Assembly (NCBI GenBank): GCA_030753015.1
Contig: JASMDC010000024.1
Span: 1 to 52,755, forward strand
Direction: 5' to 3'
Source of the DNA: Candidatus Undinarchaeales archaeon
GTDB lineage: Archaea > SpSt-1190 > JASMDC01
DNA: 52,755 nt
The notes beneath the pieces are model-generated. The model saw only the letters and a program-made list of their open reading frames with translations. It made no database searches and was not told the DNA's origin. This document shows positions 42,802 to 51,657 of the stretch, one piece after another (the first letter of the stretch is position 1; the number at the start of each line of letters is the position of its first letter). The position numbers and the translations under genes were made by a program.

Positions 42802-43890
42802 TCAGCCCCAGAGCTCGTAGGCGGGATCGCCTTCATCGCCATCGATTGCCTCGATGGCCTCCGTCTCGGGAGAAACGTTCCCGTAGATGTCGAGCTGGTG
42901 TGTGCCGCTGTCGTACTCGCGGGCCCGCATGTACCCGAACACACCCTTCTTGAGGGCGTTCTGGTTCAGGTAGGTGGTGGTCTCCCACTCACGCTCGTTG
43001 AAGGTGACGTGGGTTTCCCGCTCACGGCGGTTCTCCCTGATCTGGAGGCTGCCCATGTCGATACAGTAGCCGCCCCCGTCCATCTTGGTGAGCTTGATCT
43101 CCTCGCCGTCGATCTTCACACCGTTCTCGAGCTGTTCGTAGTCGAGGGTGCGCCTGTAGCCGTTCTCTTTCTTGAGCTTGACCTCCTTGCGGTCCAGGTC
43201 GAAGAAGAGCTCGAAGTCATCCTTGTAGGCCCGCACCTCACACCCGTAGGCGTGGGTGTGGCCAGACACCGAGAGCAGCGGGCGGATCTCGTCAGTAAAG
43301 GCGCGCAGCTCGCTCTCGTAGTTGTTGCGGAAGCGTTGGTAGCCGGTGCCCTTGGGCGGGGCGTGGCTGATCACGATGGTGTCCTTCCCCGTGCTCCCCG
43401 AGTCCTTGGCCAGCTTGTAGCCGTCATCGAGCCATCCGCGGATGATGTCGTTATCGTGGTGTCCGGGTGTGTGAGGGTGGTCGGTGGGGCCCTCGCCGCC
43501 CATGGCGACGAAGGAGTAGCCTCCGGCCTTTCGGTGGTCTCCCACGACGTAGTCGATGTTGTCGAACCTGTCGCACGCCTTCACCACGTTCTCCATGCGG
43601 TCGTGGTTGCCGTGGATGGCGTATACAGGCTTCCCGACGGCGTTCAGCTTCTCGAACGCGAAGTCGAGGTGCTTTCCCTCCCAGAACGGCGTGTCATAAT
43701 CGGTGTAGTCACCGGCGGTCACGATGGCGTCGACTTCAAGCTCCTTCGCCTTGTCGTCGATGTCCTGGAAGTAGGTCTCCAGCTCCTTGCGGTTTGAGAC
43801 CGGACGATCGCGGACGTGCACGTCAGTAACAAAGAGCATCTTGACGTCCTTTGTCACGTCCTGATCTTTCGGTCCGTAATCCTCGAACAT
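42802..43890 (-). CDS. Calcineurin-like metallophosphoesterase with a C-terminal extension
   Basis: TDVH, GDY, GNHD, SHAPP, GHTH. Confidence 0.85.
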   Translation of the reverse strand: MFEDYGPKDQDVTKDVKMLFVTDVHVRDRPVSNRKELETYFQDIDDKAKELEVDAIVTAGDYTDYDTPFWEGKHLDFAFEKLNAVGKPVYAIHGNHDRMENVVKACDRFDNIDYVVGDHRKAGGYSFVAMGGEGPTDHPHTPGHHDNDIIRGWLDDGYKLAKDSGSTGKDTIVISHAPPKGTGYQRFRNNYESELRAFTDEIRPLLSVSGHTHAYGCEVRAYKDDFELFFDLDRKEVKLKKENGYRRTLDYEQLENGVKIDGEEIKLTKMDGGGYCIDMGSLQIRENRRERETHVTFNEREWETTTYLNQNALKKGVFGYMRAREYDSGTHQLDIYGNVSPETEAIEAIDGDEGDPAYELWG

Positions 43891-43918
43891 GGTGTATCAC
43901 ACTGTACCGCAGGAGTTA

Positions 43919-44890
43919 CTACTCTATAGTAGTTCCAGCTATATAAACCTTTTCCTTTTCGGCCTCAATCGTCGCACGCAGCCCCCCCTCAAGGGTGGTT
44001 CGAGGGACGAATCCCAGAGCTTCCCTGGCCGCTCTGACATCCGCACTGCTCTCGTGGATGTCCCCCGGGCGGGGCGGGTCGTGCTCCACTCCCACAGGTG
44101 CGTCCAGGGCATTGTTCACGGCCTCCGCGAGGTCGTTCACCGTCACCGGCGCGCCCGGTGCGATGTTGAACGCCCGTCCAGGATAGTGCCCTGCCCGCTC
44201 CAGAGCGGTCACGAACGCATCGCATACGTCGCCCACGTACACCAGTTCACGTGTCTGAGTACCATCCCCGTGAACCTTCATCGGTTCGCCAGCGAGCCCC
44301 GCTGACACGAACGCCGGCACCACCGCTGCGTACTCGGAGTCCGCACGCTGCCGTGGGCCGTACACGTTGAAAAGTCGCAGGGAGATGCCCATAAGCCCCC
44401 GCTCATTTGCGAACATACGCACCAGGGACTCGGCAGCGAGCTTGGAGGCGCCGTAGGGCGAAAGCGGGCGTAAGGGCGAGTCCTCTGACAGTGGAGGTGG
44501 CGTGTCACCGTACACGGCTGCTGATGAGGCAAATGCCAGGGATCCTACTCCGGCATCAGCGGCAGTCTCGAGCACCGCCAGTGTGCCTCTGACGTTTGCA
44601 TCGAAGGTCGCCCAAGGATCCTTCATGGAAGCGCCCACGCTCACGTCCGCTGCCAGATGCACGACGCCGTCCACATTGCGTAACTCGCGCGATGTAACAT
44701 CTCGGATATCCATACTATATACCGATACCCGCTCCTCGGGAAGAGGTGTAAGATTCTCGAGCAGGCCCGTGGAAAGGTCATCGATGACCAGCACCTCCGT
44801 GGCACCACGATGGAGCAAGGCCCCTACAAGATGGGAGCCTATGAAACCGGCCCCGCCGGTCACCAGGATACGCGATCCGTCGACCTGCAT
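43919..44890 (-). CDS. NAD-dependent epimerase/dehydratase (GalE-like extended SDR)
   Basis: TGGAGFIG, SSAAVYG, YGASK, FNVYGPRQ. Confidence 0.93.
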   Translation of the reverse strand: MQVDGSRILVTGGAGFIGSHLVGALLHRGATEVLVIDDLSTGLLENLTPLPEERVSVYSMDIRDVTSRELRNVDGVVHLAADVSVGASMKDPWATFDANVRGTLAVLETAADAGVGSLAFASSAAVYGDTPPPLSEDSPLRPLSPYGASKLAAESLVRMFANERGLMGISLRLFNVYGPRQRADSEYAAVVPAFVSAGLAGEPMKVHGDGTQTRELVYVGDVCDAFVTALERAGHYPGRAFNIAPGAPVTVNDLAEAVNNALDAPVGVEHDPPRPGDIHESSADVRAAREALGFVPRTTLEGGLRATIEAEKEKVYIAGTTIE

Positions 44891-44909
44891 GGAAGACGTG
44901 ACCGAGTGG

Positions 44910-44919
44910 CATTTAAATG
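44910..44919. promoter_or_regulatory. Palindromic TATA shared by divergent leaderless genes
   Basis: catttaaatg lies about 20 nt from ATG 44890 (-) and about 22 nt from GTG 44942 (+). Confidence 0.6.
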
Positions 44920-44941
44920 GTTTTGCTGCGACCTCCGGGCC

Positions 44942-45628
44942 GTGGAGGACACGGACAAGGCACGGGCCCGTATCTGTGCGGTGGTCGCCGCCGATACGGT
45001 CGAGGAGATGGTGGACCGGGCCATGGAGGCAAGAGAGGACGCCGACCTCGTTGAATTCCGTATCGACCATCTTGTCTCACTTGAGCAGCTTGAGGGACTG
45101 AAGGAGTTCACCGCTCTCCCAGTGATCCTCACCCTCCGCTCCGCTATCCAGGGCGGACGGAGCGAACTGGAAGGGGACGCACGTCGAGCGGTCCTGGAGC
45201 GCATCATAAACCTCGGCCCGGCGTACATCGACCTAGAGTTCGGTAATGCTGACATGGAGCTCATTGCCGTTGCCAAGTGCGCCGGTGTGGGCACTATCCT
45301 CTCATTCCACGACTTCGAGGGAACCCCAGAAGGGATCGCTGACGTTGCTCAGGTGATGGCGGCCACGGACGCCGACATCATCAAGCTGGTCACTACTGCC
45401 GGCTCATGGAGGGACGAGCTTACAATGCTAACCATTGATCAACGGTACACCGATCGGGGGATCGTTGCCTTCTGCATGGGCGAACTCGGAGTGCTCTCCC
45501 GCGTGCTCTGTCCACTCATAGGGGGTCGGTTCACCTATGCCTTCGCGGGCAGGAGCACTGCAAATGGCCAGATTTCGTTAATTGACCTACGTATTACATA
45601 TAATACTGTGCAAATTCATTACGAATAA
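44942..45628 (+). CDS. aroD: Type I 3-dehydroquinate dehydratase
   Basis: VEFRID, LTLR..GG, YIDLE, SFHDF, IIKL (Schiff-base Lys), FCMGELG, GQ. Confidence 0.92.
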   Translation: MEDTDKARARICAVVAADTVEEMVDRAMEAREDADLVEFRIDHLVSLEQLEGLKEFTALPVILTLRSAIQGGRSELEGDARRAVLERIINLGPAYIDLEFGNADMELIAVAKCAGVGTILSFHDFEGTPEGIADVAQVMAATDADIIKLVTTAGSWRDELTMLTIDQRYTDRGIVAFCMGELGVLSRVLCPLIGGRFTYAFAGRSTANGQISLIDLRITYNTVQIHYE

Positions 45629-45651
45629 CGTAGGAGTATATACAATCCTAC

Positions 45652-45666
45652 CGGAAGTTATATATA
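45652..45666 (+). promoter_or_regulatory. BRE/TATA promoter for the structured leader and peptide genes
   Basis: cggaag followed by ttatatata. Confidence 0.6.
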
Positions 45667-45674
45667 CCATACCG

Positions 45675-45955
45675 TGCTAACTAATAGCATAATCATTCCC
45701 GGAGCAGGATAACATGACAGCGTATATTAGAGGAAAGGTATTGGTACCGACCTTTATTATTGCGCGCAATCATGCCTGCATGCGCTGGTTGTAGCGCAAG
45801 GGGATGATGAAAACAACGCCGTGATTGTTTTTTGACCCTTTTCTTAAGTCGCTATGCGACTATCAGTCGTCCTCATCGCGGCGTTGGGGGCGCACGCGCC
45901 GATATCCGAACTCAACGAGATAACCGAGAGAACGACAAGGACGACACAAGGAGGT
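45675..45955 (+). ncRNA. Structured leader RNA containing a kink-turn
   Basis: Seven short hairpins or palindromes plus a long-range helix; K-turn hairpin at 45798-45840. Confidence 0.5.
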
Positions 45956-45962
45956 AATGACT

Positions 45963-46100
45963 ATGTCACTTGAAGAGACCATGGAACTGATCATAAACGT
46001 CATGCAATTCGCTGACTCGTGGGAGACCCGCCGCGCTCAGGCCCCTGAGGAACAGGCCAGTGCCCCGCTCTTCCTCGCGTACGAAGGCATGCTCTCCTGA
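45963..46100 (+). CDS. 45-aa peptide, paralog 1
   Basis: MSLEETMELIINVMQFADSWETRRAQAPEEQASAPLFLAYEGMLS; SD AGGAGGT at 45949-45955; 30/45 identical to the next ORF. Confidence 0.85.
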   Translation: MSLEETMELIINVMQFADSWETRRAQAPEEQASAPLFLAYEGMLS

Positions 46101-46138
46101 GCAAGCCCACACCATCAACCACACAAGAGGTGCAGATC

Positions 46139-46276
46139 ATGTCAATTGAAGAGACGATGGAGCTGATCATCGACGTAATGCAGTTCGCTGACTCATGGGA
46201 GACCCAGCGGTACGAAGAGAATGCGCCGATGGCCGAGACTCCCCTCCTACTCGCCTATGAGGGCTTCCTCACCTAG
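46139..46276 (+). CDS. 45-aa peptide, paralog 2
   Basis: MSIEETMELIIDVMQFADSWETQRYEENAPMAETPLLLAYEGFLT; SD GAGGTG; synonymous differences from paralog 1. Confidence 0.85.
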   Translation: MSIEETMELIIDVMQFADSWETQRYEENAPMAETPLLLAYEGFLT

Positions 46277-46291
46277 GTGAGAAACATCAAT

Positions 46292-46333
46292 GTGCCGGGG
46301 CGGAACCCTTCCCTCCTTCCCCGCCCCGTGCAC
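46292..46333 (+). terminator. GC hairpin downstream of the peptide pair
   Basis: gtgc-cggggcgg...ccgccccg-t-gcac; no clean U-tract. Confidence 0.4.
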
Positions 46334-46440
46334 TAACTCTACGGTGGTCCGTGGGACCACACCGGGCCGCCGCACCTCTTTCTTGGGCCCGGCCGGGCAC
46401 CGACCCTTTAATAAAGATTGGCCCCCTCTTTCGTTCTAGG

Positions 46441-47172
46441 ATGCATGAGGTGTCCAAGGTCGCCAGAGCTTGGCCAGTCGTGTTGACGGTGGTTGCACTC
46501 ATCCTCACCCTGGTAGCTGCAGATTCCGTCCTCGTTGAGTGCGAGGACCTGCAGGGACGTGAGCTCGACCATTGCGTCAGGGACGCTATCGCCACCATCC
46601 CACTCAACCTGTCCAAAGAGATGCTCGGCTCCTGCGTCACTGTCCAGGACGAGTACCTGAGGGCAGAGTGCACCGCTATCGTCGCCTATCGCCTCCTCCC
46701 ACACAATGCGAGCCGTGCGCTCGACGCGTGCAATTCCATCAAATCCGAAGCACATAGGAGCGCATGCCTCGGGCTCATAGCTGCTCGACGCGCAGAGAAC
46801 GATCCTGCCGTCGTCGCACAAGAAAGCGCACGGCTGCCATCGGATGAGGCCCGCATCTGGCTGGTGGCGCTCCTGCGCGACTACACCGACAGACATGGCG
46901 CTGCCAAAGGGCTCGAGCTGTGCGCTACCTTCGCCCCTAAGCTCCAGCGCTATTGTGTCGACCTCAGCGTATCCTGGCTGAACACGTCCCACGCCAACCT
47001 GTGCGAGGGCATCCAGTACTCGGACATCAAGCGACAATGCCAGGCCCGGACATCGGGGGACCTCCTGGCCGAATCACAAGCCGACGGTACGACATTCGCT
47101 GTATTCGTGCTCCTGATCGTCTCAGTAGGGACACTGGGGATCATGCACATCGAAGTGAAGCACTACTCCTGA
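46441..47172 (+). CDS. Surface protein with repeated C-x10/11-C helical hairpins and a C-terminal TM
   Basis: Signal peptide; CEDL..DHC, CVTV..RAEC, CNSI..RSAC, CATF..RYC, CEGI..RQC. Confidence 0.7.
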   Translation: MHEVSKVARAWPVVLTVVALILTLVAADSVLVECEDLQGRELDHCVRDAIATIPLNLSKEMLGSCVTVQDEYLRAECTAIVAYRLLPHNASRALDACNSIKSEAHRSACLGLIAARRAENDPAVVAQESARLPSDEARIWLVALLRDYTDRHGAAKGLELCATFAPKLQRYCVDLSVSWLNTSHANLCEGIQYSDIKRQCQARTSGDLLAESQADGTTFAVFVLLIVSVGTLGIMHIEVKHYS

Positions 47173-47654
47173 TCATCCATCGAGGGGACCAGCCGGCCCT
47201 CCCGGTCGATGACACCCTCCCTGATGCGCGTGGACGAGATCCGCACGCTATCATCGGCCATCACGAACTCGATGGTGACTATGTCCATAGGCGAGAGGCC
47301 GTTGCTCTGTCGCTGCTCGTTGATACCGAGGGCGACGGGCTCCGTCTCAGGTGATACCACCAAGGCATCAATCGCGGGATCGGTAGCAGTCGGTCCCGCC
47401 GTATCGGTGAGGACGATGATCTCGGCCCGCACATCGAGCCCGCTGGAGGACAAGAATCTTTCCACTGCCTTCCTGCGCGCTTCGATTCCCTCGAGTTGGT
47501 GGCCTGCTCGTTTCCGACCGAGCATCTCGTCCGTAGTTACACCGATGAGCACGCGGTCGCCCAGGTCGAAGGCCTTCCTGAGGATCGCCTCGTGGCCTCG
47601 ATGGAAGCGGTCGAAGGTGCCTCCAACCGCCACCCGGGCGTATCGGCGTGTCAT
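47163..47654 (-). CDS. coaD: Phosphopantetheine adenylyltransferase (archaeal/eukaryal type)
   Basis: VAVGGTFDRFHRGH, LVVSPET, INEQR, ISSTRIR. Confidence 0.92.
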   Translation of the reverse strand: MTRRYARVAVGGTFDRFHRGHEAILRKAFDLGDRVLIGVTTDEMLGRKRAGHQLEGIEARRKAVERFLSSSGLDVRAEIIVLTDTAGPTATDPAIDALVVSPETEPVALGINEQRQSNGLSPMDIVTIEFVMADDSVRISSTRIREGVIDREGRLVPSMDDQE

Positions 47655-47715
47655 GTGCCAAGGGAAATCGGGGAGGTTTTAAAAAACGTGGGGCGGCCGG
47701 TCCTGGTCGGTCGGT

Positions 47716-48162
47716 TCACGTTGACGGGAATGCGTCCAGCGAACCTCTGGAACCACGACGTCGTTTTCCCTGGGCCCGACCGCTCCGCCAGATGAACACG
47801 TACCGTGAGGGAACCCCGCCCTCGGCGCCCATGTGCAACCCGCAGGCCGTACACACGCGCCCTTGGAGGCGCCGCTTCCCGAAGAGGTCCTTACCCCATC
47901 GGGCATGGAGACGAGCCCCGCAGCAGGGACAGCCGTCCAATTTGGCATCACCGCCCTGGCGCAGTTCCACCTGCACCTCGACCTGCGGGATGCGTAGGGC
48001 TATGCGTCGGAGGCGTCCCTCACCTACGGCGTAGGCAGGATCTAGGTCACGGAGCCGTGCGGCCACCATCTGGGCCAGCTTCCGCTGGGAATGGATCACA
48101 CCATGGGAACGGAGGACCTCTATGATGGCCCAGGAAACTATGTCATCGGACGGCCTGCGCAC
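47716..48162 (-). CDS. Archaeal hypothetical with a helical N-domain and a zinc ribbon
   Basis: SQRKL..RLRRIA, CPCCG..CTACG, RYVF; probable GTG start at 48162. Confidence 0.7.
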   Translation of the reverse strand: MRRPSDDIVSWAIIEVLRSHGVIHSQRKLAQMVAARLRDLDPAYAVGEGRLRRIALRIPQVEVQVELRQGGDAKLDGCPCCGARLHARWGKDLFGKRRLQGRVCTACGLHMGAEGGVPSRYVFIWRSGRAQGKRRRGSRGSLDAFPST

Positions 48163-48214
48163 GGTGGGGAGTTCCCCACCTATACATTTAATCCTTGCGG
48201 ACGGGCACGCTCGG

Positions 48215-49255
48215 CTAGGCCCCGACCAGGGTCTCGTAGAGGTCGATGATGCCAGCGCCGTACTCGTGATCGTTGTACTCGGCAGGCTGTCGGGCCCCAC
48301 CCTTCAGTGAGCCCATGATGTCGTCCGGTGTCATGCTCGCGTCCTTGCCCTTGAGCAGGGCGGCCGCACCTGCTGCGTGCGGTGACGCGAACGAGGTCCC
48401 GGAACCAAGTCGATAGCCACCGCCCACCTTGGGCAGGGTGACCTTCTCCCCCGGGGCCATGAGGTCGAGACCGGTCGTCTCCCCGTAGCATGAGAACGAT
48501 GATCGCTTCTCACCACTGTTCACAGAGCCGACGCTGAGGTTCCAGTCGTAGGCAGAGGGATAGTGCCAGATGTGGTCGGTGCCATAGTTACCCGACGAGC
48601 ATGCAACCGTGATGCCTGCATCGTGCACACGCTTGTACACCTCCTTCTCGGCCGAGCTCTCCCGTCCGTACCTCCCGAACGAGCAGTTGATCACGTCCAC
48701 ATCGAGGTCCATGGCCTTGTCGATGCCCTTGAGGGTCGTCGAGAACTTCGTGTCCGAGGTATTGGTGCCGAACACCTTTATCGAGTAGACCTCGACGTCA
48801 GGGGCGACCTGGGCCACGAGACCTGCCGTGCCCGTACCATGACCGTGGGTGTCGCGCACATTGTCGGAATCATCGAGCACATTGTAGCCGTAGACGTTCA
48901 TGCCGTTGAAGACCTCATGAGAGAAGTCGCATCCCGTATCGACGACAGCTACTTTCACCCCGGCCCCGGTATAGCCGGCATCGTGGGCGTCTTGCACTCG
49001 AAGCATGTCGAGGTTCCATCCGGACTCCGGTACGTTCGTCGGATCATCGGGCTGGTCCTCAAGCTCCTCGAGGTGAACGTCGAAGTCCTCCACGACCGTC
49101 CCGTAAGCCTTGAGGGCGGTGTCGTCCTCTGCCCTTACCAGGGCGGCCCGCAGGTGGGTATAGGTCTCGACGATCTTCGCTCCAGTGGCCTCGATATCCC
49201 GAAAGGACTTTGAGGCCACGCCATCTCTCGCAAGGACGATATATTCTCGCATCAC
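48215..49255 (-). CDS. Subtilisin-like S8 protease with a propeptide and no signal peptide
   Basis: VVDTG, HGHGTGTAG, SSGN, SGTSFASPH. Confidence 0.92.
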   Translation of the reverse strand: MMREYIVLARDGVASKSFRDIEATGAKIVETYTHLRAALVRAEDDTALKAYGTVVEDFDVHLEELEDQPDDPTNVPESGWNLDMLRVQDAHDAGYTGAGVKVAVVDTGCDFSHEVFNGMNVYGYNVLDDSDNVRDTHGHGTGTAGLVAQVAPDVEVYSIKVFGTNTSDTKFSTTLKGIDKAMDLDVDVINCSFGRYGRESSAEKEVYKRVHDAGITVACSSGNYGTDHIWHYPSAYDWNLSVGSVNSGEKRSSFSCYGETTGLDLMAPGEKVTLPKVGGGYRLGSGTSFASPHAAGAAALLKGKDASMTPDDIMGSLKGGARQPAEYNDHEYGAGIIDLYETLVGA

Positions 49256-49316
49256 ACAGTCCCCGTCCCAGCGAGAATCAGCGGGTCAGCCGGTATATAA
49301 TCTTTTCGAAAGGATG

Positions 49317-49940
49317 TCAGGACACCATCCCCGCAAGTATCCCTGCGACCGAGGGGAAGGCGATCTCAACACCACCTTGCTTGTGCGGGAGGAAGTAGGC
49401 ACGCTCTCGGTCCACGATGAGGATGTCCGCCTCACCCTCTACCTGACGCACCGTGACAGGGATGCGCTCCGACAGCTCGTTGAGCGTGCGCCGGAACTTC
49501 TTCTCCGTCCCGTTGGCATTGAGCAGGATCAGTTCACGCTTGGCCGAGCGCATCATGTCCCGGAGACGGCCCCGGGCTACCTCCTTCATGGTGTGGTACC
49601 ACACGCCCGCCGTCTCGGGGGACTCACGGGATATCGAGCCGGCCCGCTGGACGAAGTCGTGCTTGAGCTCGTCCTTCTCCCGCCGCCGGACCTCAAGGAG
49701 CCGTTCGATGCACAAGCGCGGCTCCTCTGCGCGGTAGACGAAGGGGGAGCGGACGGAGCGGGTGACGAAGCTGAGCGACTCCAGGCCCCGGGCTGCCTCG
49801 TAGCACTTGTTGCTCGGGATGCCGCCATATCTGGAGATGCGTGATGCCGTCAGGTCGCCGTACCTCAGGAGGGTGAGGTACACACGCGCCTGGTACGTTG
49901 TGAGCCCGAGCTCGTTCAGATTCGCGATGAGCTGCTTCAT
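49317..49940 (-). CDS. TrmB-family transcriptional regulator
   Basis: LGLTTYQARVYLTLL, GIPSNKCYE, MMRSAKREL. Confidence 0.85.
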   Translation of the reverse strand: MKQLIANLNELGLTTYQARVYLTLLRYGDLTASRISRYGGIPSNKCYEAARGLESLSFVTRSVRSPFVYRAEEPRLCIERLLEVRRREKDELKHDFVQRAGSISRESPETAGVWYHTMKEVARGRLRDMMRSAKRELILLNANGTEKKFRRTLNELSERIPVTVRQVEGEADILIVDRERAYFLPHKQGGVEIAFPSVAGILAGMVS

Positions 49941-50027
49941 GAAGGTGGATTCGCTCGCCGAAGTTTAAACGCCTGACAGAGGTATGGTTCCGGCAACGTG
50001 CGTGAAGTGGAACGTTCCCCGGACGGC

Positions 50028-50921
50028 TTAAGAAGGTTGCTCTCCCGGAGCGCTCCCCACGAGCCGGCGCGGACGGTCGACCACCATCCTCACGAGCTCA
50101 TCTTCCGGGACACCCGTTCTTGCCAGCTCTTGGCAGTACCGGGCGAGGGCGTCGGGGGAAAGGGGGTTACCGACCTGCCCGGTGTCGCTGACCATTATCC
50201 ACTGGGCGTCGGGCAACGCGGTGACAGCAACTGCCACCTGTGTGGGTGTCGTTGCACGAGCGAGGGGCGACACGGAGTAATAGGAGAGCTCGAACCAGGT
50301 CCGATCGTCGATGAGCTCCCGGATCTGGTCGATGGAGAGCGAGGGAACGGTAAAGAACACGTGGTCAACGAGCAGCCTAAGGGACGATCGCTCCTCACGA
50401 GCGTAGTCGTGGACGGCCAGGACCTCCCGAGGCGATAGGTGCCCGGTGGCAAGGACGGCACCCCGGTCGGCCACTAGATCGATGATGGTGCGCGTCTCAG
50501 GCAACAGCTCGCCCGAACGGTCGAGCACAGTAAGGCCCTTTCCCGCGCCGAGAGAGGCGTGAGTAGTGTGCGACGGCGACATGGCCTGCCCCTCGAACCG
50601 CTCGATGTGGTGCCTTGCGTGGATGGTGGGCAGCCAGACGATCCGTCCGCCGAGGGCGAGTGCGCACTCAACCGCAGCGGGGTTCAGGCCTCCTGTGAAG
50701 TTGTTGAGTGTGACGCCACCATATACAATTATATCCGGATACCGCTCACGAGCGAGCGTAGCGACCTCGACGCTGCTCCCGTGGTGGGACTTTAGCACGA
50801 CACCGCCCATACCGGCGTCCCTGCACAGCCGGACGAGCTCGAACGCATCGGTGGCACGCGGGAAGAGGCTTGGGGCCGCATGGACATGGATGTCCCACGC
50901 ACCCTCCACCGGACCGTTCAC
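50028..50921 (-). CDS. Amidohydrolase-fold protein (DUF6282-like)
   Basis: DIHVHAAP, LKSHH, GGLNP, WLPT, LATGHLS, SDTGQ. Confidence 0.82.
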   Translation of the reverse strand: MNGPVEGAWDIHVHAAPSLFPRATDAFELVRLCRDAGMGGVVLKSHHGSSVEVATLARERYPDIIVYGGVTLNNFTGGLNPAAVECALALGGRIVWLPTIHARHHIERFEGQAMSPSHTTHASLGAGKGLTVLDRSGELLPETRTIIDLVADRGAVLATGHLSPREVLAVHDYAREERSSLRLLVDHVFFTVPSLSIDQIRELIDDRTWFELSYYSVSPLARATTPTQVAVAVTALPDAQWIMVSDTGQVGNPLSPDALARYCQELARTGVPEDELVRMVVDRPRRLVGSAPGEQPS

Positions 50922-51574
50922 GCACGCGCCCCCCCGTGCAGCACCAGTCGTTCGAAGTTCCTGAGCAATTGTGCGGAGGTCCCCATGCCGGGGAGCTCCT
51001 CGGCGTTCTCGAGATGTAGCTGCGAGCCGTAGATCGGCCGTGCAGGGTGCCGCATCAGCGCCACGGAGCAGAGCTCTGTAGCGGCCAGGAGCACGAAGCC
51101 CTCGGGCAAGGTGATGGTGTCCCGATGATGGGCGCAGGACATGAAGCAGGGCCGTTCCTCACGATCCTCGAGCTCGACGTCCTTGAAGAGCGGATCCCGG
51201 ACCCCTTCCTCTGTTACGAACACGGGATACAGTCCGAGCGGTTCGGAATCATTACGTCGTAGGTCGGCACCAAAGATGAGCCCGATGACCTGGTGGCCAC
51301 CACAGATGCCGATGAGGGGGACCTCGACGTCTGCCACCCAGCCGAAGTTCTCGTTCACCATCTCCTGTGTATGCGAGGGATCTGTAACGGGCTGGCCGGA
51401 CAGCACGATGCCGTCGACATCATCGAGGGCCTGCACATCGGACCAGTGGACGACGGTCACGGGGCTCGCGAACGCTTGGCGGAACGGCTCGACGTATCGC
51501 AGTTCGTGTCGGTCTAAGGCGAGGTTCACGACGACGATACCTGTCCGCTTCGCCACGGGCCGACATGCCCCCAT
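50918..51574 (-). CDS. Class I glutamine amidotransferase
   Basis: IVLSG, GICGGHQ (nucleophile Cys), QLHLE. Confidence 0.88.
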   Translation of the reverse strand: MGACRPVAKRTGIVVVNLALDRHELRYVEPFRQAFASPVTVVHWSDVQALDDVDGIVLSGQPVTDPSHTQEMVNENFGWVADVEVPLIGICGGHQVIGLIFGADLRRNDSEPLGLYPVFVTEEGVRDPLFKDVELEDREERPCFMSCAHHRDTITLPEGFVLLAATELCSVALMRHPARPIYGSQLHLENAEELPGMGTSAQLLRNFERLVLHGGARA

Positions 51575-51657
51575 TCACCGTTATATGTGTTGTCTTGCCC
51601 CACCGTGACAGAATATACCATGGAAACGCTTATTAACCACCTATCGAGCCCGACGTC

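Noticed and set aside
45798-45840. Eukaryote/Asgard-type SECIS
   Set aside because: No apical AA motif, and no upstream gene with a credible Sec codon
45854-45973. 39-aa ORF MRLSVVLIAALG.. in the leader
   Set aside because: No SD, and it overlaps the SD and start of the better-supported peptide gene
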